Below, piece after piece: positions 7,073-18,680 of a stretch of 30,531 nucleotides of DNA (positions are counted from its first letter, which is position 1; the number at the start of each line of letters is the position of its first letter). Origin of the DNA: Polyangiales bacterium (GTDB lineage: Bacteria > Myxococcota_A > Polyangia > Polyangiales > Polyangiaceae); assembly GCA_038230375.1 (NCBI GenBank), contig JBBRNJ010000097.1, forward strand, positions 1 through 30,531, given 5' to 3'. Made by a program: the position numbers and the translations under genes. The notes under the pieces are model-generated. The model made no database searches, was not told the origin of the DNA, and worked only from the letters and a program-made list of their open reading frames with translations.

Positions 7073-9763
7073 ATGGCAGAACGGATAGTCGTCTCGCTCC
7101 GCGTGCCGCTCGAGATGCTCGGCTCACGCCAGGCCGATCGCGTCCGCACGATGCTGGATCGGGCGACCACGTTGCGCGCAGAGGTGCTGGGCCTGTCGCC
7201 AGTGGAGCTTCTCTTCGGGTTCCCGCCGGAGGCGCTGGAGCTCGCGCTTCGCCTCGCGCTCACACCCGAGGTGCTCGAGGAGGGCGAGACGGCGTTCGCA
7301 GCAGGTATCGCGCAGGGCGACGTGCTGCCGTTGGTCGAAGGCCGCGGCATCCAGTGGGGCACGCCCATCATCGTTGCGAGCGCGCTCTCGTCGATCACCC
7401 CGCCCTCTGCGGTGACGGTGAGCGAAGCGCTCAAGGCGTTTCGCCAGGGAGAGCTGCTCACGCTCGGCTCCGTGTCGGTGCGTTCCATGGGAACGCGGCT
7501 TCGCGGCGCGCGCCTCGACACCGCGCAACCATTCCGGCGCGAGGCCGCTGCGCAGCTCGGGCGTCTGGGTCCGCCGGTCACGCTGCTCGGCAACGAGGCA
7601 CCGGCGCAGCTCGTGTGGCCTGGCTCGCTCTCGATTCTTCGCGCGGACCCCGGGCTGGGCGGGACGCGCTTTCTCAACGAGATCGCACGTGGGCAGGAGC
7701 CCGCGCGCGCGCTCCTGGTCTCGCCTTCGGGCAGCGGCCTCGAGCCCTTCGGCGCGCTTCGTCGCGCCATCGCCCGCACCGACGACGTCAACCCGTTCCT
7801 GCTGGAGCTCGCGCCCACCGTCGAGCGTCTCTCCATGGGAGAGGGGGTCACGCTCGACGAGGCATCGCGGATCGTGGCCGCGTTCCTGTGGCCCAAGTCC
7901 ACCGCCGAGCAGCCCGGTCCGCTGCTCGTGGACGACGCGGCCGAGGTCGACGAGGCTTCGCTCTCCGCATGCGCGCGTGCGTTGCTTTCCGCAGAGCGCT
8001 CGTTTCCGTTCGTCATCCGGCTCGATGCAACGGATGCAACGCCTGCATCATGCATCGATCTTGCGCCCGGGCCCGAGGCCGATCTGGGGCCGCTGCCACG
8101 TGCGGACGCCGAGGCGTTCCTTGCTGCCTGCCTGGACTCACCCGCCGACGAAGCGGTGAAGCGTCGGTTCGCGCGTCTTGGCGGCAACACGCCGCTGGGG
8201 GTGATCGAGGCGCTCAGTCACGGCATCGCCACGGGAGATGTGGTGTGGGACGGTGGCGCTGCGCGTCCGCGTCGCCGCTCCTCGGGCAAGGGCAAGGTGC
8301 GGCCTGCGCGTCAGTGGATCTCGCTTCGCGCGATGGAGGTCTCGCCACCCGCGCGCATCACGCTGGGCCTGCTCTCCATCCTCGGCGGCGACGCCTCCGT
8401 CGCGCGCATCGAGCGCGTGCTGTCCCGCGGAGATCTCGGCGTGTCGTCGCCGCGTGCGGCGCTGGAGGAGCTGTCTCGCGCGCGCTTCGTCACGGAGCCG
8501 AAGGAAGGCTTCGTTGCGCTCCCCTCGCGGACGCATCGCGAAGCCCTGTCCGATCTGATCGACGAGCAACAGAAGCGCGGTCTTCACCGGATCATCAGCG
8601 ACATCCTCGAGAACGAGGAGGGGCGCCTGGCGCGCGCGGAGGCCGCTCATCACGCTGCCCGCGCTGGAGACGGCGCACGCGCCGCGAAGCTCGCTCTGTC
8701 CGCCGCGCGCGCGGCCAGCGAGCTCGGGCTGGAGTTTGCTGCGGCGCGGTTGCTCTCCTTCGCGCGAACGCAGGACCCCACCGTTGGCGCGGAGACGCGT
8801 GCGCGCGTGGCGTCGTCCATGCCTCCACGTGCGCCGGCCGGACGCTCCGCAGGTGAGATCGCCTCGCCCGTCGCGCGGCTGCTGGTTGCGCCCTCTCCGT
8901 CGCCGCGTCCGCCGGAGGCCTTCGCACACGATCCCTCTTCCTCGGGCATGTCCGCCGCAGAGCTCGCCAGCTCCGTTGCGCCTCCCAGCATGGACGAGCA
9001 GGTCGGCAGCGTCAGCAGCCTCGCGACGCTCGTGAATTCCAGCGCGCCGTCTGGCGCGTTCGCGCCGGAGTCGCAGGTACCGTTCACAGTGCAGGAGCCC
9101 GACCCCGGGCTTTCGGTCGTGGTCCCCGCGCCCGCGCTGGAGCGTCGCTCCGATCCCGCGCCCTTCCTCGAAGACTCCGACTTCAGCTCTGACTCCGAGC
9201 CGCCCACCCTTGCGCGCGACGGCCTTCCACCGATCGCCGAGCCAGGCGACCTGCCTCCTGACCTTGCGCCGCCGCGCATCGACGCCTCCGCGATCCCGCC
9301 GCCGCCACAGGGTGAGGACAAGCTCATCGCGGAGCGCCTGACCGAGCTCGCCAAGGAGGCGCTGCTCGGCGCGGACACCGCTTCGCTCGAGCGCTGGGTC
9401 GACAGCCTGGGTGCCACCGGCGAGCACCAGCTCCTCGCCGATCGTATGCGCGCCATGGCTCGCCTCAGTCGCGGCGAGATCGGCGACGCACTCCGTGTCC
9501 TCAAGCGTGCGCGCGCCAGCCTCCCGAAGGAGGCCTCGGTGCTCCGCTGTCAAACGTCGCTCGCGCTCGGCATGGCGCTCGCAGTGGCCGGGCGCAGCGA
9601 AGAGGCGTTGCTCGAGGGCATGGATGCACTGTCACGCGCGCGGCAAGCGTCGGATACGCGCGGCACCGCGGCCTGCCTCGCGTTCCTGGCCAAGCTGTTT
9701 GCCAGTGTCGACCGCGGAGAAGACGCAGCGCGCCTGCGCATGAGCGCGCCGCCCCCCGCCTAG
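7073..9763 (+). CDS. Large (896 aa) STAND/AAA_16-like protein with a degenerate P-loop, a Pro-rich disordered linker and a C-terminal TPR-like region
   Basis: ATG lies 10 nt after the pspA stop, and GC3 is high from the first codons. P-loop-like LSILRADPGLGGTRFLNEI (no Lys) and Walker-B-like PLLVDDAAEVDEASL. C-terminal helical repeats (LALGMALAVAGRSEEALLEGMDALSRA...). Confidence 0.7.
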   Translation: MAERIVVSLRVPLEMLGSRQADRVRTMLDRATTLRAEVLGLSPVELLFGFPPEALELALRLALTPEVLEEGETAFAAGIAQGDVLPLVEGRGIQWGTPIIVASALSSITPPSAVTVSEALKAFRQGELLTLGSVSVRSMGTRLRGARLDTAQPFRREAAAQLGRLGPPVTLLGNEAPAQLVWPGSLSILRADPGLGGTRFLNEIARGQEPARALLVSPSGSGLEPFGALRRAIARTDDVNPFLLELAPTVERLSMGEGVTLDEASRIVAAFLWPKSTAEQPGPLLVDDAAEVDEASLSACARALLSAERSFPFVIRLDATDATPASCIDLAPGPEADLGPLPRADAEAFLAACLDSPADEAVKRRFARLGGNTPLGVIEALSHGIATGDVVWDGGAARPRRRSSGKGKVRPARQWISLRAMEVSPPARITLGLLSILGGDASVARIERVLSRGDLGVSSPRAALEELSRARFVTEPKEGFVALPSRTHREALSDLIDEQQKRGLHRIISDILENEEGRLARAEAAHHAARAGDGARAAKLALSAARAASELGLEFAAARLLSFARTQDPTVGAETRARVASSMPPRAPAGRSAGEIASPVARLLVAPSPSPRPPEAFAHDPSSSGMSAAELASSVAPPSMDEQVGSVSSLATLVNSSAPSGAFAPESQVPFTVQEPDPGLSVVVPAPALERRSDPAPFLEDSDFSSDSEPPTLARDGLPPIAEPGDLPPDLAPPRIDASAIPPPPQGEDKLIAERLTELAKEALLGADTASLERWVDSLGATGEHQLLADRMRAMARLSRGEIGDALRVLKRARASLPKEASVLRCQTSLALGMALAVAGRSEEALLEGMDALSRARQASDTRGTAACLAFLAKLFASVDRGEDAARLRMSAPPPA

Positions 9764-9772
9764 GAGCCTTGT

Positions 9773-9892
9773 GTTTTCCGCCGATACCGGCGCGATGGCT
9801 GCGTTTTGCCCTGCGGTGCGTGCTCACGACCGGGAGGTCGTTCCGCGCGCTCCTCGGGCGAAAACGCACCCATCGCTTGGTCTCGACGGAAA
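9773..9892 (-). repeat. Left arm of a ~120-bp inverted repeat pair
   Basis: Its reverse complement aligns with 10062-10181 at roughly 85% identity by hand alignment. The perfect 42-bp core is 9814-9855 versus 10098-10139. Both arms give ...ARNDLPVVSTHR... in the ORF track (ORFs 9501..9914 minus and 10094..10342 plus). Confidence 0.9.
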
Positions 9893-10061
9893 CCACCGAC
9901 GGCTCCTCGTGCAATGGTGAGAGAGAGGTGAGCGCTTTTCAGCGCTGCGTCGGCGACTTGCCGCGGTGACACCGAGCCGTACGTCGGCGCGGGCCCCCCC
10001 ATTCGCAAAGGACCAAATAGGGAACCTGGGATCGCGTACTGTCAAACCATCGCACGAGAAG

Positions 10062-10181
10062 GCCGGACGGTTTTCGTCGAGACCGAGCGATGGGTGCGCT
10101 TTCTCGTGAGGAGCGCGCGGAACGACCTCCCGGTCGTGAGCACGCACCGGAACGAAAAGCGCGCCCAGCGCGAAGGGATCG
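10062..10181 (+). repeat. Right arm of the ~120-bp inverted repeat pair
   Basis: See the left arm. Core sequence: gaggagcgcgcggaacgacctcccggtcgtgagcacgcaccg at 10098-10139. Confidence 0.9.
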
Positions 10182-10199
10182 GCGAAAAGCGCCGGCCTT

Positions 10200-13560
<3,361 letters not shown>

Positions 13561-13580
<20 letters not shown>

Positions 13581-14364
13581 GCGACAGATCGCCCGTCGTG
13601 TTCGTGGCACCATCCACGAAGATGTAGATGGGCGTGCCGTTGGTCGCACCGACGGTGAGGGTCTCGTCGCCAACGCCGTTCACCGCGTTCTGACACGCGA
13701 GCTCGCTCGCCTCCGTGGCGCAGTCCGGGCGCGCGTACAGCATCGCGTCGTAGGTGGCGCCTTGCGTCTTCACCGTGAGCGTTCCGGTGGCGTGCGGTGT
13801 GACCATGAAGACGCGGTCGCTGCCCAGGCTTCCCGTGGCTCCATTGCACGCGGCCTTCGCGCGGTAGGTGAGCGGGAAGAGCTTCGTGGTGCTGGCGAAC
13901 GTCACCGGTGTCGTCCATACGTCGATCGCCATGCCGGGACAGATGCCTGCCTTTGCCGCATAGCCACCCGCGGGTACGCATGCGGTCGTGCATCCGTCGT
14001 CGTTCACCAGGTTGCCGTCGTCGCATGCCTCGCCGGGGTCCACCTTCTTGTTCCCGCAGAGCGAGCCGGCGTCTGCGTCGCCGCGCGCGTCCTCCGTTCC
14101 CGCGTCCTCGGGGCCGGGATTGCCCGAGTCGACGCCCGGGTCCACGCCAGGGCAGGGTAGGCACGGTCCGTAGCTCTGGCCATCGTCGGAGCAGAGCTTC
14201 GTGCCTTCGCCGAAATCCTGGCACCGGCAGTACACCTCCTGGGTCGCCTTGCAGAGCGTGGCGGTCAACGCGCCGGCGTCGGTCGTGTTGGTGCCGCTCG
14301 TGCAGCCCGTATGTGTACTGTACACACAACTGAGAAGAAGCAATGTGGGCCAGATCTTCCGCAT
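13561..14364 (-). CDS. Secreted lipoprotein with a Myxococcus-type Cys-rich repeat and a C-terminal PPC-like beta-sandwich domain
   Basis: Lipobox in MRKIWPTLLLLSC. Shared N-terminal motif YCRCQDFGEGTKLCSDDGQSYGPC. CGNKKVDPGEACDDGNLVNDDGCTTAC matches the TIGR02232-type repeat. It ends ...IYIFVDGATNTTGDLSLTLSLK. ATG lies 3 nt after the upstream gene's stop. Confidence 0.8.
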
Positions 14365-14367
14365 GGC

Positions 14368-15654
14368 TCAGGGCAGGCTGAAGGTGAGCTGGTAGTCACC
14401 CTTCGAGGTGACGGACGCTCCGTCGACGGTGACGTAGTAGGTGGTCCCGGTGGTGACGGCGAAGCTCATGGTCTCGTCGAAGGGCGCACTCGCGGTGTTG
14501 TTGTTGTTCGCGCACATGGAGAGGCCGGTGGTGAGCGCGTCAGTGCATACCGTGCGAGCCAGGAGCTCCACGTTGAAGGTGACATTCTGCGTGGAGACCG
14601 TGAGCGTCCCGGTCTTGTGCACGGTCACCGCGTAGACGTGGTCGGGCGCGTTGTTCACGTTCGTCGTCTTGTTGCAGGAGCTGTCCGTGTCCTTCCACGA
14701 GTTCGGATACGTCAGGGTGGTGCCGATCGCGATGACGCTGTTTACGGCACCCGCGCCGCCCCAGACGTGCACAGGCTCACCCGGGCAACTCGCGCCAGCG
14801 GCCATGGGCGACGTGTCCCCGTGGATCGCCTTGCAGTCGGGCGAGCAGCCGTCGCTGTCGGCGTTGTTGCCGTCGTCGCAGGCCTCGCCCGGGTCCACGG
14901 TGCCATCGCCGCAGAAGCTGCCCGGCTTGAGGGAGAGGGTGAGCGCGTACCCACCGGCGCTGCCCGTCTTGCCATCCACGAACAGGAAGTACGAGCGGCC
15001 GGGCACCACGTTCACGCTGAACGTCTCCGTACCGCCGGCGCCGGTGGTCTCCGCGCAGCTGAGCTGGGTCGTTGCGTCGCCGCAGCTCGATCGCAGGTAC
15101 ACTGTCGGGTCGAACGCGGTGTCGCCCTTGACCGTCACGGTGAGCGCGCCCTTCGCAGTGGGAATGAGCTGGTAGATGTTGTCGGGGCTCGAGAGGCCGA
15201 CCCCGCAAGCGCCCGCCTTGCCAGCGCCGTTGTCCTTGCCCCCGGCCGTGTTGCCCATGATCGTGATCGGCTTGTTTGCATCGATGCCGGTCGCCTTGCC
15301 GGGGCAGGCGTTCACCGGGTTGGGCGGGCCGGCCTCCGCGGTGCCGCCACCGCCGCTGTCGATCGTGCCGCCACCGTCGGGCGCCTCGCCACCGGGGCAT
15401 GGGGCGCTGCCCGGCGTGAGGCATTCGTCGAACTGCTGGCCGTCGTCGTGACAGAGCTTCGTCCCGTTGTCGCCGCTCTGGCAGAGGCAGAAGACGTATG
15501 CGCCGGGTGTGCAGAGGCGCTCGGTCGTTGTCGCAGGTGTGCTCGAGCTGGTGCTGCATGCGGAGAGCACGACGCTCCCCGCCACCGCGACGGTCATGAG
15601 CAGGCAAGACACCGCGCGGATGAACCGCGCGCTTCGGAAGCTCGGGGCGTTCAT
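14368..15654 (-). CDS. Secreted lipoprotein, larger paralogue of the downstream gene (two PPC-like domains separated by a Myxococcus-type Cys-rich repeat)
   Basis: Lipobox VVLSAC. FCLCQSGDNGTKLCHDDGQQFDEC. First domain ends SYFLFVDGKTGSAGGYALTLSLK. Then CGDGTVDPGEACDDGNNADSDGCSPDC. Second domain ends TYYVTVDGASVTSKGDYQLTFSLP. The start overlaps the protease stop (ATGA). Confidence 0.8.
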   Translation of the reverse strand: MNAPSFRSARFIRAVSCLLMTVAVAGSVVLSACSTSSSTPATTTERLCTPGAYVFCLCQSGDNGTKLCHDDGQQFDECLTPGSAPCPGGEAPDGGGTIDSGGGGTAEAGPPNPVNACPGKATGIDANKPITIMGNTAGGKDNGAGKAGACGVGLSSPDNIYQLIPTAKGALTVTVKGDTAFDPTVYLRSSCGDATTQLSCAETTGAGGTETFSVNVVPGRSYFLFVDGKTGSAGGYALTLSLKPGSFCGDGTVDPGEACDDGNNADSDGCSPDCKAIHGDTSPMAAGASCPGEPVHVWGGAGAVNSVIAIGTTLTYPNSWKDTDSSCNKTTNVNNAPDHVYAVTVHKTGTLTVSTQNVTFNVELLARTVCTDALTTGLSMCANNNNTASAPFDETMSFAVTTGTTYYVTVDGASVTSKGDYQLTFSLP

Positions 15655-16535
15655 GCGCGGCCTCTCTTTCGCAACAGGAAGAGCACGCCGAGCACGGGCA
15701 GTGCAGCGCCTTCACCAGGGGCATCGCCTGCGTGCACACCGCAGCCGCCGCTCTTCACCGGCTCGGGGCACGTGGTCGTGAGGCCACCGTGCGGCGTAGT
15801 GTCGCATGCGGCCGCGCGACCAGGCGGGTAGGCGTCGCAGATGCCGGCGACGTCGTCGGGGGTCAGCTTGCGCAGCGACATCTCACCTGGGTTGTACGTC
15901 GCAAACATGACGGCGTCGGCATCGGCGCTGTGCGCGAGCCCCAGGAAGTGGCCGGCCTCGTGGGTGACGATCGACTCCAGGTCGTACTTCACCTTGGCGG
16001 GGTCGTCCGTGACAGTGAGGGCGTTGAACGCGGCGTTCACCTCGATGTCGGCGTCCAGGATCACGCCCGTGTCGTGGTCGAAGGTCACGGCCGTCTTTGC
16101 GAGCGTCCCGTCGATGCCCTTGTACCTCCAGTCGGAGTCCTGGAAGAGCACGACGTTCACGTTCGGGCCGGTCTTGTCGTAGCCGCTGCGATGACACGGC
16201 ACGTCAGCGATGGGCGAGAACGTGAACGATGCCTTGCCACCACCTGGGCATGCGACATCGCTCCACTGCGCGAACGACTTCAGGATGATGTTCTTCGACT
16301 GCGTGAAGTCCAGCTGAGCGGTCCCCACGTCGTTGACGGCGAACCCGATGCACGCGCTCTTCCACGCGATCGCGACGCCTTCGGTGATGCAACCGTCCGC
16401 GTCCGTCTCGCAGGTGTGGCTCGCCGTGTTGTCGCAGGTGTGCGTACGGCAAAAGCTGAGCGCGCTCTTCGAGACGAAGAAGCAACAGGCAGAGAGCAGC
16501 AGGGTAAGCGAGCGACGCCAGTGAAGGGGCATCAT
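15651..16535 (-). CDS. Matrixin-like (metzincin, HExxHxxGxxH) zinc metalloprotease with a MYXO-CTERM-like C-terminal sorting tail
   Basis: Signal peptide MMPLHWRRSLTLLLSACCFF. Zinc site VTHEAGHFLGLAHS. C-terminus GGCGVHAGDAPGEGAALPVLGVLFLLRKRGRA has a GC motif, a hydrophobic helix and a basic end. Confidence 0.85.
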   Translation of the reverse strand: MMPLHWRRSLTLLLSACCFFVSKSALSFCRTHTCDNTASHTCETDADGCITEGVAIAWKSACIGFAVNDVGTAQLDFTQSKNIILKSFAQWSDVACPGGGKASFTFSPIADVPCHRSGYDKTGPNVNVVLFQDSDWRYKGIDGTLAKTAVTFDHDTGVILDADIEVNAAFNALTVTDDPAKVKYDLESIVTHEAGHFLGLAHSADADAVMFATYNPGEMSLRKLTPDDVAGICDAYPPGRAAACDTTPHGGLTTTCPEPVKSGGCGVHAGDAPGEGAALPVLGVLFLLRKRGRA

Positions 16536-16822
16536 CTTCCCTGAGTATACGACGGGAGAAGCTCGCGCCGCGAGTGACCTTTACGAACCGGATTGGGGAG
16601 AGGGGAGGACGGTTGGGTGAGCGAACTCCGGTTCGTATCGATGCGCTCGCGGCGCGTGACAAGGCTTACTGCTTGAAGTGTGCCGACACCGCGCACATGC
16701 ATTTTGCTCGATAGTCTGGCTGAATTCTCCTGTGTGAGACACTTCGTCACGAAGTGTGTGGGGGATCGATTCGCCGCAGATGGCTTCGCGCTTGCCCACC
16801 TGTCGCTCTAGGATCGCCGGCC

Positions 16823-17689
16823 ATGTTGGATGTCGCCATCATCACGTGCAAAAAGCTCCCTGAGCCCGACGTGGACGAGCCGTTCCTCCTCCGCGCGCTT
16901 GCCGCGAAGGGGCTGCGTGCCGCGATGTTTCCTTGGGACGGTCCTGGCGGGCGTCATCCAGACGCGCGCATCTCGGTGATTCGCTCGACGTGGAACTACC
17001 ATCACGCGCTGCCCGAGTTCCTCTCGTGGGTCGACGAGGAGTCCACGCGAGCGCCGCTCTACAACCGCGCTGACGTGCTTCGCTGGAACACCGACAAGGC
17101 ATACCTCGCGGAGCTCGGCGCCGCGGGGCTTGGCGTGGTGCCAACCGCGTATGTGGAGCGTGGATCTTCGCAAGAGCTCGAGCCGATCATGAAGGAGCGC
17201 GGCTGGACGGACGTGGTGGTGAAGCCGCGCGTGTCGGGCGGTTCGTTCGCGACCACGCGTCACGCGATCGCGGACCTGCGCGGCGGCGAGCTTGCGCAGG
17301 CAGCGGAGTCGCGCGCGCTCATGGTGCAGCCCTACGTGAAGGCCGTGGATGGGCGGGGCGAGCGCTCGTACGTGTTCATCGGGGGCGAGCTGACCCACGC
17401 GATCCGCAAGAGCCCGCGGCTCGCCGGCCAAGAAGAGAGCGTGACACCCGTGCCGCTCGACGACATCGACGTTGCGTTCGCCACGCGTGTCATCGCGTTC
17501 GCCACGGCGAAGTTCGGCGAGAAGTCGCTGTACGCGCGCGTGGACGTCGCGCGCGACGAGAAGGACGTGCCGGTGGTGATGGAGCTCGAGATGGTGGAGC
17601 CGTCGCTCTTCTTCGTGCACTCGGAGCCGGCTCTGGAAAGGCTGGCGGACGAGATCGCGCGCCGCGTGGCCGCGCAAGCCAAGGGCTAG
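16823..17689 (+). CDS. ATP-grasp fold protein (RimK-like), substrate unknown
   Basis: VVVKPRVSGGSFATTRH (KP..GS.G loop), MVQPYV...GERSYVFIGGEL, and VVMELEMVEPSLFF (E-x-N/E metal site region). ATG at 16823 (MLDVAIITCKK). Confidence 0.7.
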   Translation: MLDVAIITCKKLPEPDVDEPFLLRALAAKGLRAAMFPWDGPGGRHPDARISVIRSTWNYHHALPEFLSWVDEESTRAPLYNRADVLRWNTDKAYLAELGAAGLGVVPTAYVERGSSQELEPIMKERGWTDVVVKPRVSGGSFATTRHAIADLRGGELAQAAESRALMVQPYVKAVDGRGERSYVFIGGELTHAIRKSPRLAGQEESVTPVPLDDIDVAFATRVIAFATAKFGEKSLYARVDVARDEKDVPVVMELEMVEPSLFFVHSEPALERLADEIARRVAAQAKG

Positions 17690-17739
17690 GGCGTTTTTCT
17701 TGCGCGATCTGGCCTCTGTCATCTAGGAATGACGGTGCG

Positions 17740-18612
17740 GTGGCATCCAACGACGAAGAGAGCCGTGGGCTCGACGACCTGGATTCTGGATGGGGAGAGC
17801 CCTCTCCGGCACCTCCGGCTGCGTCTCCGAAGGTAGAGCCGCCGAAGATCGAACTGAAGCCAGCACCCCAGAAGGTGGAGCCTGCGAAGGTGGAGCCTGC
17901 GAAGGTGGAGCCTGCGAAGGTGGAGCCTGCGAAGGTGGAGCCTGCGAAGGTCGTCGCCAAGGTGGAGCCTGCGAAGGTCGTCGCCAAGGTGGAGCCCGCG
18001 AAGGTCGTCGCCAAGGTGGAGCCTGCGAAGGTCGCGCCGCCCGTGAAGGTGCCGCCGCCCGCGCAGTCGTCCACCACCGCGATCGCCGCCACCGTGGACG
18101 CGGGCTGGGGCGCAGACGACGACGACGACGATGACGACGAGGATCTCGACGCGCTCGACGACGCGTGGCCCGAGATCACCGAGGAAGAGAAGAAGCGCGG
18201 CGTCGTAGGCCTGACCGCCGCCGAGCGGAAGAACCTGCGCGAGCAGAAGGCGAAGAAGAAGGCCGAGCGCCGCAAGGAGCGCGTCTCCCTCGCCGACATC
18301 AAGCAAAAGAAGAAGAAGAAGAAGGCCGGTCGCAAGAAGGATGAGCCGCGGCTGTCAGCCGCCCCATCCGCGAGGGACGCGAAGGACGCGAAGCACAGGC
18401 GCGACGCACCCTCCAGCCCGAAGCTCGAAGAGAGCTCCCCCGACGCGGACCAGGACGACGACGAGAGCGACGCGCCCCCGTCCAAGGTCGCTTCGAAGGC
18501 CGCGCCCAACGCATCGGGCAAGGCGCCCACGAAGCTCCCGTGGGCCGCAATTGCCGTAGGTATCGCGGTGTTGGCGGCGATCGCTGCGGCCGTCGCGATG
18601 CTCAAGAAATAA
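17740..18612 (+). CDS. Tail-anchored low-complexity protein with (VEPAK)n repeats, poly-Asp and poly-Lys tracts
   Basis: GTG at 17740 with AGGAA upstream. KVEPAKVEPAK... repeats, DDDDDDDDEDLD, KQKKKKKKAGRKK, and a single C-terminal TM helix LPWAAIAVGIAVLAAIAAAVAMLKK. High GC3. Confidence 0.75.
   Translation: MASNDEESRGLDDLDSGWGEPSPAPPAASPKVEPPKIELKPAPQKVEPAKVEPAKVEPAKVEPAKVEPAKVVAKVEPAKVVAKVEPAKVVAKVEPAKVAPPVKVPPPAQSSTTAIAATVDAGWGADDDDDDDDEDLDALDDAWPEITEEEKKRGVVGLTAAERKNLREQKAKKKAERRKERVSLADIKQKKKKKKAGRKKDEPRLSAAPSARDAKDAKHRRDAPSSPKLEESSPDADQDDDESDAPPSKVASKAAPNASGKAPTKLPWAAIAVGIAVLAAIAAAVAMLKK
17875..18030 (+). repeat. Coding tandem repeats: 15 bp x5 (gtggagcctgcgaag), then 27 bp x3 (gtcgtcgccaaggtggagcc[t/c]gcgaag)
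   Basis: Direct reading of 17875-17949 and 17950-18030. The copies are identical except for one t/c difference. Confidence 0.95.
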
Positions 18613-18680
18613 GCGTTCGGCTCCTGGGCGATCAGAAAATCGCAGCTATACCTCCACCTATCCGGCAGAGGACGGACCTT

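Noticed and set aside
6111-8190. 338-aa and 596-aa minus-strand ORFs opposite pspA and the 896-aa gene
   Set aside because: The products are Ser/Arg/Ala low-complexity sequence. They are antisense to genes with clear family features and correct GC3 phasing.
14311-15831. 506-aa plus-strand ORF opposite the Cys-rich lipoprotein genes
   Set aside because: It is antisense to two genes with signal peptides and conserved Cys patterns, and it has no motifs.
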